Origin: Marsupella aquatica | Lineage: Eukaryota; Plantae; Marchantiophyta | Direction: 5' to 3' | Length of the DNA: 64,000 bases | NCBI GenBank assembly: GCA_973895155.1 | Contig: OZ316891.1 | Span: forward strand, 7,247,808 to 7,311,807 | Part shown: in pieces, positions 11,540-24,673 of the stretch | Layout: each line of letters begins with the position of its first letter | Position numbering within the stretch: position 1 is the first letter of the stretch | Position numbers and translations under genes: made by a program | The notes under the pieces: model-generated | What the model was told of the DNA's origin: nothing | Seen by the model: only the letters and a program-made list of their open reading frames with translations | Database searches by the model: none

Positions 11540-11896
11540 TTGTGTGACGCGGGCCAGGGTCTCCATTGGTCTCTCCTGTGACACTAAATAGTCACACGCT
11601 AGTCGTTGTTGAATGCGGGTAAGTCATGTATGTGACTTACGATGTGACTCGCTGAAGTCATATTGCAGTCACGTCGAAACAAGGCTAGACTCCACAATAA
11701 AGTCACAGATCAGTCACAAATGGGTATCAAGCAAGTTGCAAAGCCCAGTATCAATAGTGACTTCCATTTTTTGGTCTCAACTTTTGCAACTCCAAGGGTC
11801 ACAGCGTGGGTCAAGTCACGTTGAGTCACAATGAAGTCACATGAGCCAAAATGAGTCATATATTGCGGTCTCAGTTCACCTCGGATTCTTCTAGTG
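11540..11896. repeat. CACTA right subterminal repeat array (GTCAC/GTGAC, both orientations) plus TIR
   Basis: About a dozen or more (A)GTCAC/GTGAC motifs in ~330 bp, ending at TAGTG (11892-11896). Confidence 0.85.
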
Positions 11897-12460
11897 GTTG
11901 TATCCCAAATCCTTGGTAATAACACCTTTTTGCAGTTGATTTGCGCTACCTTGATCACCAACTTAGCGTACCTTTGCTTGTACGATGCCTTCTTGGGGCA
12001 AGAATACCAATAAGTCTCCAATACCTTGGCTCCTGCCTCCTCAAACAGGGTCCAAAATCCAAGAGCAGTAAGGTTCATACTAACCTTCTCTGTCCGTTGG
12101 TAGAGCTTGTCTCCCATGCCACATTCGCTCCTCCTCAGGGCAGATCCGCTATCTTCCACGAAGAGCTCCTGATCATCACCTTATATTGCACCTGACTAGA
12201 TTCCGCAACAATGCACATGATCCTTTGGTCTTCTGCAAAGAAATAATGTCGATCCTGAGTGGCAACTGAGCGTAAGCACAAACAAAAGGTGAACAGGTGA
12301 CAATGATGGCAAAGCATGAGGTAGAAATGAGCTGACAGCCATCGAAGGGTTCTTATGGTGCTCTCGGGTGTGTTCGGATGTGAGATCGTTGAGTACTTGC
12401 AGCCGCCATCTCCCAATTGAATGCGACTATATACCTTGGTCCAAGCATGATTTGCCATAA
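11897..12460 (-). pseudogene. Degenerate coding-like fragment of unknown identity, cut by the CACTA insertion
   Basis: Two overlapping minus-strand frames (12135-12458, 11710-12159) and an intron-like acceptor (..TTTTGTTTGTGCTTACGCTCAG). No family recognised. Confidence 0.3.
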
Positions 12461-12779
12461 CAAACTTTTACTCCACCGCCATCATAGTACGTACAGCGAA
12501 TGGTCATAATAGTGCGCATCTTAATCAGCACCCATTATGTGACTAACCTATTCCTAGCCTAATCATAACTGCTAAATTGTTACATGTATTGTTCCGAACT
12601 ACATGTATATAGTCCTAATGACCGTATATGTCCTAATCTACTAATTGGTCCAGGGTAAGTGACACATTGCCCGTGTCACACCTTCACACCAAAGGTGGAG
12701 CTCAAGCCCATTCCTACTGAAAGTGAACCTGTGCAGTGTATAATGAGAACTATGGGTAAAGTTGTAGCCCTTTATAGGT

Positions 12780-13420
12780 GCAGTTGTAGTTTAAGGGAAG
12801 CCATAAGATCTCCATCCAAAGCTTGAAACTCAAATAGGATGCAAAAAGTTCTTTGTGTGAAAGTAGAGACTCTAAAGCCATATCCCCTAGTTAAAATTAC
12901 ATTCCATAGATCTTTTACAAACCTAAAAGACCTATATGAGCAAAAGGTTTCTGATCTGAACTTGTAGCTCCCCAAAGTTGTTGCTTGGCATGATCTAAGT
13001 GACATAAAGCACTATACACGTGATATATAGGGAGCCATGGAGTAGATGGGATCTCTATCCAAATCTTTGAACTTGGAATACAATTTGGACTCTTTGTAAG
13101 AAAGTCAAACTAGCTTGCGTATTATATATCCATGTCATTTAAATACAAATGCATGTTTGCATAGATCCCATGCAGGCTTAAGCATCCTATTTGAGTCCTG
13201 ATAATTTTTTAAGCAAAAGGTTTTGGAAGGAGAATCCTTTCTGAGCTTAAAGCTCAAGATAGAAGAGTAAATATGTATAGCCTTTTCACTATAATTAATC
13301 CATCTCATCATAGTTCAAATGCACATTTTTGTAGATCCCATGCAACCTCAGGAAACTTGTCTGAGCAGAAAAGGTTTGAGGATGGAGATCCAATTCAGGC
13401 TTATAGCTCCAATTTGTGTT
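12780..13420. repeat. Degenerate repeated unit (AGATC(T/C)C..CCAAA..TTGAA; TAGATC..GAGCA(A/G)AA(A)GGTTT), 2-3 copies
   Basis: Recurring motifs near 12806/13050 and 12906/13161/13331. Confidence 0.45.
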
Positions 13421-13779
13421 TGCTCATATTTGCCTTTGTAATGTCATTTGGCTACAAATCCATGGAACTATAAGACTAACTTGTTAATCAAACCCTTCCA
13501 GTATAATATGTGGTAATTGTGTTGCTTTATCTGGGTTCACAGTATGACTTATGAATTCATAGTTTCCAGAGAAACTTTATGTATTTTCCAATTGAAAATG
13601 TTGACAGACCCCTGGTTGAGCACATAGTTACTTCCATCACTTTCAAGCTGGTTCTTGAGTATAGTACAAAGATGAGCATGCTTGTCAAGATGCAATTTTT
13701 TCTACAAATTATATAAAAGGTGTTCTTTATATGTAAGCACTCAACCCTTCTTGACGGAGGAACTAGCCATGAAATTGCC

Positions 13780-16700
13780 TCACTTTCTCTGAAAAGGAAT
13801 TGCCTCTAATGCCTTTTCTCTCTCCTTTTGTGCATCATGTTCTTTCTTAAGTATTGTTTGCTTATATTGCTTGATAATGTAAGCAAGATCTGAAACATAA
13901 TCTCCTACACAATCCAATTGCTTCAAAGGATTGTCATAAGGGAAGTGGCTGATGTGTGACAATTTGCAAACCCGTTGAAAAAGATTCTCAGCTGCCATAC
14001 AAATCTGTCATGGTTTCCACCCACATGCATTGTTAGGTCGTTCAGAAGGTAACTAGTAGAGCAAGAATGTACACTTACGGAAACATATGACCATGCTGTC
14101 TACCATAAACATTGTCACCTAAGATAGAAAATTCACATCGAATATTACATCAAGCAGTACTGAGGAATTAGCCTTTAAATTAACCTATATCTGAGTCTAT
14201 AGTTACTGATAAAGCATACATCCTACTTGGATGCACTGTCTAGGAACATGCATTCAAGGATTCTAGATGATCGACACTGCTCTGAATATTGCAATGTATC
14301 ATACGCTAAAAAACAGTTGAGACTCTAGTAAAGTTATAGTCTCTTTAAACTTTACTGAGTCTATTTAGTTTTCTATGCAACAAAAGGATTGTCTCACAGT
14401 AAGTTAGACCTATGTATGAGATAGTGGAGCCAACTCTTCAGTTTAGTCATAAAATGGGAGTAATTGTAAATTTAATTGCTTACTTATTATGTAAATCTCA
14501 AACTTGTATGCACATATCTTACTAGTAGTTTGCAATACAAACCTAGTTTCATGACCTGGGTCTAGAGTGAAGCCTAGTCTAGACTGTAACTCTGCCTGTG
14601 TCCTCGCCCGTGTCACTTAAGTTTGGGGGTCCAGGGACAAATCACAAATGACTGTCAATAATAAGGAATCATTTTCTTGCTAGGTTTTTCTGTAGGAGTC
14701 ACCTACATTTTTCTTTCAAAGAATGCATAGTCCGGCCGGCTAGTCTATAAACTTGTGGGACTTAAGCTTTGTTGTTGATAATTATGAATACCTGGCCTAG
14801 AGAGGCATGGCTGAGTGGTAGCTCACTTAAGTTGAGACTCATAGGTCTAGAGTTCAAATGTTGTGATTGACTTTTCCCTTTTTATGGGCTTTCATAGATT
14901 TCCCCTTTAATTATTTAATTAATTAATTAAAAAAATTCAGTACCTGACTTCTTGCCAGAGTTTTGGTTGCAGCAGCATGAAGAATGGAGTCCATGTAAAG
15001 TTGTTTTGCAGTTGTTTCCCGTTTTTTTCTTTCAAATAAAAGTTTTTTGACGCTAATATCATTATCGAGATTAAGGATTTCATTCGACGAGGCTTTGACG
15101 TAGGCTTGCAAGGACTCTCGAATTGTTTCCATCTCTTCTCCACAATTTTCAACATGTTGCTTCAGATCATCGTTTGTAGCTTGAAGGGTGGCATGCCTGA
15201 TTAGTTTTACAAAGGATCCAAAATCTGTTAAGTATGTGAACATCTGAATAAGAAATCTCAAATTATAGGTACACACGGACAATATATCTATCAATAAGGC
15301 CAAAACAACACTTCCTAGCTTTATTAAATGTAATGTTTTCAGATCAACCAGGCATGGGTTAAAGACGTCTGTAAACATCAGCCCCACAACTTGTGCTAGA
15401 CAATCTTGGGTATACTGACCTGAGCCCTCGCTAAACCAGATCTGGTCCATCCAGGTTGTGGACTGACTCTCAGTCCTACTCCTTGAATTAAATTTCTCAG
15501 GATTTATCACTGTATATAGCCCTACTGTTGTGATAATTACACTAAAGTTTCCTTTTCATATGACATACTAATTTCAGCATATGGGCTGTCTTCTTAAAGA
15601 AGAGAAGGCTTATCAGGGATGAGAAAATTGACCTCATGAGAAGATCATTGATTTCACTGAATCCTTCAGATGTATCAATCACTGTCTCCAAGTACTTGTG
15701 ATAAAACATCATATGCTCTAGATTGGCATGGGTTGCACTCTTCTCGTGTTTCAAAGAGACAAGTGTACGCTCTAGATTTGCAATTTCCACCTCCTTGAAT
15801 CACCACACTATGCCAGGCTCCAAGTCTTGAGATCAATAGAAAATGGTTTTAACCATCAAAGGATTGTAAAGTGCCTCAAAAGGTAGCTTTTACCATGACA
15901 GGGCTATATAGATGGTTTTCACCTCAGGTGGGATATGCCGTCTCCCAAATATATGCATGCACGTACATCTGAGTAGTATTGATATTGTTGGCTCACTATA
16001 TTAGCTGATACTAAGTTTGATGTGATAAAGTTTCCACCTATAATGTACTCGTTCAATCCAAGTTGCAAATTTCAAATTTGTATATGTCAAAAGACAAAAG
16101 ACTACTTTCAGCTGCATAATTGAAAGGACACCAGCAATTATTGAATAACACTATCTAGCATGTATATTTCTGTTAGATGAATTCAACAATCTAAAGTTCA
16201 CAAATCGTAGGAATCCACTTGGTTTGTAACATATTTGTTCAATATTTTCCTGAAGTCTAGGTACTGGTGAAATTAGAGCGAGGTAAGTTGGAACCAAAAG
16301 AAAGGCTTTGAAGAGACTTTGAATCTTTTGCAATCAAAGACAGTGAAATTAAGCACTGAAAAGAAACCAATACATGCCACAGTTCATCTAAATGTGAATG
16401 AGCTTGATAATGTTGCATGTTATTTCTAGCAGTGACATTGGTTGAAGACGATCATGTTTATAGGATGTGATTTTTCAGTATTTGTTTTTGGGAATGACCT
16501 TCTCATTTCTTAAACGGATCTCGTCAGCTGCCTTTTTCTCTGCACGTTTCTTTTTCACCCCATTCTCCTAAAACACTCAATTTACAATGAAAAAGTGTGA
16601 GGAGCCTTGGCTAATAATTCCTATTGAGAATTTGTTGTAGCATTCACTTCAATGATGAAACGTGAACCATGTTACAAATTTCATGTGAACTGCTTCATCA

Positions 16701-17709
16701 ATGTGCATATGCAACTTGGACAGAGCTAACACTGCAAACCATGTGGAAGGGAATAACTCCAAATATTCATAGACCTTAAATAATGATGTACCCAGATACA
16801 TAGAAATCTCATAAAAGAGGATCTGATATGTAAATAATCAGGATGGATTGGATTGAACTCAAGACTCCATACCTGTAGAAATTTTGAGAAACCAATTAGG
16901 GATTCCTGGAGGAGTAAATCTTTGGATCTCAAGGTATCTTCTCGTTTCCTTAAAATTTCTTCTTTTCTGTGAGGTAGTAAATACAATATCATTCTCAAGT
17001 ACTTCACCAACAATTATACTCACATATTGTGAAATGGGACCATCCACAAAACGTCTGATCAGCAAGTTAACTGACAATAGCCTTCAAGCAGGTCTGTTTC
17101 AGATCTTAAGTTTTGCATCTAAGTTTATGTCTAACCACCGATGTGCACTAAGAGTTCTTGAGACACTTCAAATGGTTGCCCATATTTACCTTGTTGTATA
17201 TTGAGAACTTATTCAACCCTCCTACCATCTCTAATGGAACATTAACACCACTATCACTCTTTACTGTTAAAGGAGGCAAGGTAATGGTGGTAGAAACTAA
17301 AGTTTCTTGAGACACAATGGGATCATGAAAAGGATGGAAGAGGAGGGAGCTGTGATGGGTTCTTGAGCAGAATTTGTCTAAGTGAAAGAGTGAGAGGAAA
17401 AGAGATATTAGAACAGACAACCTAGACAACTTACTGTATAAAATCAAGCTTCTGATTATCCAAAGCCTCTTGTACTTGAGCCACCATCCGTCGCTTTTCT
17501 AGTAGTCTTGTTGCTGGCAAGGCTTTATCCAGTTGTCCAGGACTTGCTTCCACTAGAATGTCCATTGTTGCATCCTTTGGTGCCCCTTCTTTGGTTGCAT
17601 CCTCATTCTCTAGCTCCTTTGCTTCATCTGTCACTCCCATTGGAGCCAATTGTTTCACCCTTTCCCCTGAAGTTGCTGCAGCTATTGCTGCTGCAGAATT
17701 TGTTGTCAT
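13780..17709 (-). CDS. CFAP73: CFAP73/CCDC42-family (DUF4200) flagellar coiled-coil protein, 6 exons, ~358 aa
   Basis: Exons 17709-17435, 16966-16873, 16567-16499, 15793-15633, 15196-14944, 14004-13780 join in frame with GT-AG sites (1077 nt). Motifs TRLLEKRR, QESLIGFSKFLQEN, LLMRHATLQATNDDL, KQLDCVGDYVSDL. Confidence 0.85.
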
Positions 17710-20267
17710 CCTCTTGACCTTGCAACTGTGGAAAGGTAAATCAACTCACAATGAAGCTGATTAGACTTCTAAATCACAAGCTATGAAAGGTCTGGGATGG
17801 ACGGCTGCTAAGGATTACAGCCTTATATCAACAATCCCTAGAAGCCATTTTGAGCCAGGTCTCCTTTGTTGCCCTGCCCTTGTCTCCTATATACACATAA
17901 TTATGTTGTGAGGCCCTCTTCCATTTAGTTTTCCCCCAAAAGTTTTGTCAAGATCAGCTTGCTTGTTCCTACAGTATGACTTCATCCTTGGACACGTCCC
18001 TTCAAGAAATCCATGCAAGCCCACTTGTGTTATTAACATCATAAGGTTGTAAGCCACAAACCTCTGACTACATTCAAATCCTGGGGTGAGTTGTCTTGAA
18101 AAATTATCCCTTGATCAGATTCAAGTGTGTAAGCTTTAATGGGGTAGGATATTATCCTTCATGCTGGTATATAAATTTATCCTTTCTTATGTGGAGTTGA
18201 AGATTCAATTAAGTCAGTGTTAGTGTACCAATGCATGGTTTGAGTGATACACAGAGGTCATCTTACCTGCAATTTGCGCAATTCAGGGCACTATTCTATC
18301 AGCCTTAAGGAGTTCAGCGCAAGAAAAGCAGAGTGGAAGGTTGTGCTGACCAATTCACTCTTGATTAGACACTTAATGGGTGCCCTACAGTAATAAACAG
18401 CTCAAATCTTGCCCATAATTCTTTGAGATTAAAGGGCCTAACTTCTTTGAGAGCTGAAGGAACACTGCTATAAGATCTCACCAGGCCAATCACATCCCGG
18501 CTGTCCTTTAATTTAGGCCTTAACATGGGCTGTGCCAAAAATCTCACCTGACCGTTGGTTCTTGGTTCTTATGAACTTTATATCTCATCGTACACATTGA
18601 AAAGTAGGCAACATGACTAATATAAATAACAAGCAGAAAACTGTAATTAAGGATGGGTTGAGAAACAACAATAGCCGAGCCTATGCATGCAAAGATCTCG
18701 TTATAAGCATAGTGAACCAATTGCAAGGAAAAACTACAATTGAGTGTGAACCCAGGTATCACCACAGAACTGAAGGTTGGGTTAAATATATTTACCTTTA
18801 TGCTACAGTCAACTGCAGTTGCAGTAGTAACTTGAAGTCCTCAAGTGGTTAGATTATGACACAAGCATGATGACAAAGTCCCTTAGAGAGCCCATCCATA
18901 CATGTCACTAAAACTATATGTGAAGTTCATTATATTGGCTCAAGAAAAGCTAGGGTGTTGCTTTGTAAATGATCCACCGGAACATTGGAGTGTGAGGCTT
19001 CATTATTCGCTCAAGCCTAGCCTTTTTTTTGCGCAAGCCTAGTTACTAGTGACAAGATGAAGGTTTCCAACAAGTCATAGCAATCAATACATACAACATT
19101 TAATATATAGATTGCCAGAAGTCCCAACATGGCCTGGAGAGCCAAGAACATGCAGCAATCCCATTCCCAACCCTCACATCTTGCTCCCACCTGAGTAACC
19201 TGTTGCAAAATTCCTAATGAAATTGAGCATTGCACCTTACCCTTACTGCCCATATTATTTGAATATTTTTATCAGATGCTGGTGGTTTGACTTCAATCCC
19301 CATAAATGCCCCATCACTTGAAAACGAGCCCTGGAACAAGCCTAGGGTTTTCTATTCAGTTTTGGAGCTAGAAGACTTAGTAAAACTCATATTGGAATAC
19401 TTAAGGGTTAATTCAAAAATGTCATGAGTCTGGACCTGATTGGTCTAGAAATACCTCTTTTTAACTTTTTAAAGGTGAAAAAGTCCAAACAGTGGCCCGT
19501 GATACAAACTGTATTGTTTTCTCATTCTTGCCTTACCAAAGACACAATTTCTGCTTCATACTCTCAGGGACTACTCTCCTGTGAGTTCAGTTCTTTTATA
19601 CATACGACGACAGCAATAAATTGCTATGAACAATGCTTCTTTAAAAATCAATTTTGGTCCTTCTGGACATACATTGTTAATTGTTGATGAAACAATAATG
19701 TGGAAAATATTAAATTTCCCATCTTAAATACACATCCTGGTATTGCGCTTTTTGTGTGGGAGGAAGGGATATTGCATTTCTTTGACACGTGCCAATATAT
19801 GCAAAAAGTCTCTTTCGCCCCTCTTAGCTCTTAGAAGTTACTCTCGTTTTCTCCATCCATGCTGCATTTCCAATTTCCAGTCCTATGGACCTTCTGCCTA
19901 TACTGAAGTAGTGCTGCAAGAAAACTGTCTTGAGACTTCTATTCTAGAATGTCTTACGTCCTGTTTCCATTCAAGTTAAAGTTTGAAGACGTACATTACT
20001 TATTTGTTCTGTTGTTCACTGTTCTCTGTGGTACATCAGATATATTCATAGCTCTAACCCACACACAACAGATGGGAAAGGAGCAAAGGAACAAAGTTAC
20101 AATTGGGCATTGGAAGATTGAGAGGTTTCTCATCAAACATTAAAATCTAGATGGTGGTAGTTCTACGCTTTCATGGAGCTTGAACATGTTTAGGTTTCCT
20201 TACTTGACGACAACCTGGTGGCCTCTTCATCCTTCACCCGGGGAAAGGACGAAGCAATTTTGAAAAC

Positions 20268-23200
20268 ATGGATATTGGCAAAAATCAAGGCAAAAGTGCT
20301 AGTGAAAAGACTTTGCCAGAGGCAGTAGGAATCGCAGATCTTCTCCAAGATCCTAGATTCAATGTCGTCACTCTTGCAGATGAAAGAGGGGGTAGAAGAA
20401 GGGGGAAGAATTTGAGCACTGAAGATGAAAATTTGAGCATTGGGGAAGAGGAGCCTCCAAAGGAATTGGTAGTAGATAATTCAATAGATTTAACTCTGGA
20501 CAGCAAGATCAATGATCCACGAGGTTGCCATGATGGATACATCCTGTTAGTAAACGAATCCTTCAAGCAACCACCAAGTGGGAAGATTTCTCTTGGCCCT
20601 CTTCCATATTTGGGATTATTTACTGCATTTGGTAGAAAGGCAAGGGCACCCACACCTCCTAAGGTGCAATCAAGATGGAACTTAGTGAAGATTCCTCTTC
20701 GAAGAGAATTTGGCCCTCGTTGCCCGCAAAACAAGTATGCTCATCCAAGGCAGGGTGCTCCTCTGCCTTCCAAAGAATATCAAAGACCTCCTATACCGAT
20801 TGATCCTAAAAAAAGGAGGCGCATCCTGCATCATTTTCCAATAACAGGTGACAAAACGGTAATAATTATTTGCAACAAAAATAAACTTATTCTAAGTGTA
20901 GTGTTGGCCACAGATTATATTATACATTGCTACTCTTAATTCCTTGTACTTAAAGGATATATGGAGGCCTTGTCTTTAATTCAAAACGTTTCAATTGTAA
21001 ACTTAAGGGAATCTAAAAGATGAATAGTGCTTAACTTTAGACTAGTTTTGAACAGCTCGTGCAAACTATGTTTGACCTTTTAAGATAGAGAGGGGAGATA
21101 ATAAATAAGCCACAGAACTAGAATCAGCACAACATATTACAATTCATGTTAGCACTGTCTTATCTTGTCATTTGCCATTATTACTCTACCTTCAAACACA
21201 TACTTAAGTAGCAAAAAACATTTCTGGATTCCACATCAAGTTTTTGACACGAGTTATAATTCTCTTGCAAACAACCTGCAGCACATGTTCAGAGTCCTTG
21301 TACCATCAGGCTTCTATCGAAGGAAAACTGGTGGAGGTTGGATTTGCAGAAGATGGATTAAACGACCATGGCCTCGAAAGCTTATCAATCACACCAAGGA
21401 AGAGTGGAAGGTCTGAATTTTAAAGTTGTATTTCCAGGTGCAAGTAGTTGTAAGGACTGGGATAAATTTTGGGAGAGACTCTGAACTTTTCAATAAGAGG
21501 ATAATTATTCTTCAAATGTGGTACCAACTACTTCCTAATTTCCATACACATTCAAGACTGAACAACAACCAAGGCATACCCACAGACAAGATGAGCAAAA
21601 AGTAAACAAAATATGATCTCTGTAACCATGAACATAGTGAAGAGTATTGAGGAATCTAGGCATACAGTATAAGATACTAAGGGAGGGCGTTCTGGAAACA
21701 CTGGTAAAAAGAGTCAAACTTGGTGATTGTACGTTGTCTTACTTATAAGCAAATTTTTAATTTCTTTTTTCTGGTGGGGAATATTTAGATCAAATATTAA
21801 CCACTCATCTTGAAAGAGAATCCTATGGAATGTAGGCAACACTTGCGCAACAAGAGAAGAGAGAAAAAATAGAGGATGAAAAATTCCAAACTTTACTTCG
21901 TGAGGTTTGGGATGGCATAATAGGGCTTGATCAAGGGATAGTGAAGGAAACTTTTATGAGACTTGTGAAGGAGAATGAGAGAAGAGCTGAGAAAAAACAA
22001 GACATGTATGAACAATGGGACTTAAACGTCTTCAATCATATTCAAAGGCAGACGCAAGACCACATAAACAACGAGGCCTATGATCCACATCTTGTAACTG
22101 CAAAGCAAAGTATGGTAACTATAGAAATTCTTCATGGAATTATTCCAGTTTCAAGAATGTTCCACAACTTGAATGCAAATCTCAATAACACACCAAACTA
22201 CTGTCTATAAGATTTAGTAGAAAGTCATAAATTATATCAATATGGAGATATCTTTACTTTGAGCTTGGCTAACGCTCTTGTCTTTGTTGAAAATTGCTTG
22301 GGTTCAGTGGACCTTCAAAGGAAATATTGTAAGGCTTGGCAACGGCGAAAAGTCTTTTTGGATATCATTCATCCTGAAGAGTACGACCCTTATGAGTACA
22401 GTGACACTGCTTTGAAGTACTCGACAAAAAAACTATATGATCCAATCAAGCACGATTGGTTGAAGGTATAGTAACATTGTATAGTGTTACGTGAATGCAG
22501 CACATTTAGTCTAAGATGGATGAGAACCAACTAACACTTTGTAGAAGAAAATGCTCCCATAGCATCTAAGGTTGTCCTGCACAACTGAATGGAACGTACC
22601 ACATGATATTTATGGTATCAAGGTACATGTATAAATACTCTAACAAGTTATAAATAATGTTGCTGGAGCACATGTAAATTTTAATATTTACGAGTATTTT
22701 GGACAATTGTGGATGCAGAGGGGGTTTCCTGTTTAGACAGTTCCTTTTGGAATTGTAGTAAAAATGAATGACCACAATTGATGGTACCTCAATTTGGAAG
22801 TAGTAGTCCCATATATTCCTCTGAAAACATATTTGGAAGTAGTGGATCTCTGTTCAAAATCTTTGTCCAATTTATGCAAAGCAGAACTGGATCAGCTCAA
22901 CAATCATATAAATTTGCTTTTATTAAAGACTGTTGTCATTTGTAACATTGTTTGGTGTCAAAAAGAGTTTGGTTTATTGGAGTTGAGCCAAACATTTAAC
23001 CTCTGGTTTATTTGCTCCATATAAGATGGACTGTGTTTTACTTGATTAATTAGATCTCTCCCAATCCAGTAAGGTGCTCATTAGTTAAACCTCTATTTTT
23101 TTTCCATGTTGGCAACTGACAGGAAACACAAGAAAAACTCTTTTGTGGTGAGAATGTCTCAAGCAAACACCGGTCAAGAGAAACACTAGAATTGGCTAAT

Positions 23201-24130
23201 TGGACAGAGCCACAGTTTAAGGCTTGTATGGCAGGCCGTGTATGTTGCGATGATGAGCTAAGTGGGGATCGAAAGCACCTTGCCGCAGTTCCCGAGTAAG
23301 CCTATACATATGAGGTCACAAAGTTACTTTTAATTATGCCCAAAAGGTTTTCAAAACAGTAACAAGGATACTTTCAAGTACTACAGAAGTTAATCTAAAG
23401 GTCTTGTTTCTTTTTGGAATGAAATATTTAGGTGCATTGCAAAAAACACCATGTCTTCCTTGATCAAGCACATTTGTTATCATACGTTGTCTTTCCAACA
23501 TTGTGACTAGATAATTAACATTTATTTCTCAGAAGCATGGTTGTCATGTTGTCGGAACGCAATGTCTCTATATGCAAGGGAAACACATGACTCTATAATT
23601 ATGGTTACAATGTCTTTTATTCACAATGTTTGTAGAAAATGGGCCTCCCATCCTGTGCTATATAACAAAAGATGGGGACCAGAGTTTTGGCACACCTCGT
23701 TTCCGAAAGGTGGAAAGGCGGTGAGTATTATATCATTCAATCTCCCAATACTTAGGAATTCTGGAAGCTCTACTCTATTGACTTCTGGAATTATGTTTCT
23801 GGTGACTCATCATTTATTTGCATCTTGTTGTTGGTTCCCTTATCAACTTATGGTAATTACAGTTTTCATTTGTAAATACCAACAAATAGTATTTAAGATT
23901 CTATGAAAGTAATGTGATTTTTTCAAGTGGTTATTAAACTTTGGTTCAAACTTGCAACTTGTGTAGACTTACCTTTACAATCGCTTGGCTTGATGTAGTG
24001 TGATGGTCCAAGACCAACCGATCAAAAAGATGCTGCTGATGTTCCTTGGAGAGGCATTCGAATTGTTTGGGATGCTCCACAGAAACATCAACAAAAATTA
24101 CAGATATCTGAGCAGAATCCTTGGTTCTAG
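20268..24130 (+). CDS. FAM228-like protein with a long N-terminal extension, about 7 exons
   Basis: Approximate exons: 20268-20847, 21282-21410, 21836-22114, 22308-22465, 23123-23296, 23636-23720, 23999-24130. Motifs RRAEKKQDMYEQWDLNVFNHIQRQ and KVFLDIIHPEEYDPY resemble the FAM228 family as I recall it. Boundaries not fully phase-checked. Confidence 0.65.
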
Positions 24131-24358
24131 CTTTACATATTTGTGTCCCAAACTTTCTTGTAGTTATAACTCATTAGATTTTATTTGAATGCATGAAACG
24201 TTTGATTACTTGGTATGCCACTAGGGAGCATTTGTGTTTTACCGAATGTTTTACTATTTAACTTTGGGTTGCTCTTTTCTTGGATCCTCATCATATTGAT
24301 ATGTGTCTGAGGATTTTATTAGAAGCAAGAGATAATGCTTGATAGTGCATGTACTTTT

Positions 24359-24673
24359 TGTTGAGACAATATTGCACAGCACAACATCACACATAACCGG
24401 TGTACATTCCAGAAATTGACATTAACACAGATATATATGGTTCACCTTGTCTTGGCTATGTCCACCGTTGAGAGAAGCAATCATTACACATTGGCACCAT
24501 ACATCTGCCATGGCCTGGCAAGCTACAAAACTGCTCTATGAGTGTTCCTCTCCTCTCACTCTCCAGTCTCCAAGTCCTGAAGACTGATCTCTCCACTAGA
24601 TACTTCAGTAGCCCTTAATCATGGCTAACAGCACCCTACTTAACCTACCAGATGCTAGAGCTAAGTACTAACA
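24359..24673 (-). mobile_element. Old Copia solo LTR, distantly related to the LTRs at 34 kb and 40-47 kb
   Basis: TGTTGAG...CTAACA termini. Contains GATATATATGGTTCACC..GGCTATGTCCAC, a variant of the GATACGTGGTTCACC..GGCTACGTCCAC motif of the other LTRs. TSD imperfect. Confidence 0.65.

Larger units (their letters stand above)
1..11896 (+). mobile_element. CACTA (En/Spm) DNA transposon; right end in window, left end presumably upstream of base 1
   Basis: Ends ...TCGGATTCTTCTAGTG at 11896 (reverse complement CACTAGAAGAATCCGA), preceded by a GTCAC/GTGAC subterminal array. Contains TnpD-like and TnpA-like genes. No matching left TIR seen in the window, so the left boundary is inferred. Confidence 0.85.

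Noticed and set aside
11540-11860. GTCAC repeats as a CRISPR-like array
   Set aside because: Motifs are 5-6 bp, in both orientations and irregularly spaced; eukaryotic context; explained as subterminal repeats
12510-12514. Alternative TAGTG as the CACTA right end
   Set aside because: Lies 600 bp beyond the subterminal array and lacks the CACTA(G/C)AAGAA-type TIR seen at 11881-11896
12659-12679. Hairpin GTGACAC-N7-GTGTCAC as a Helitron 3' end
   Set aside because: No appropriately spaced CTRR terminus identified
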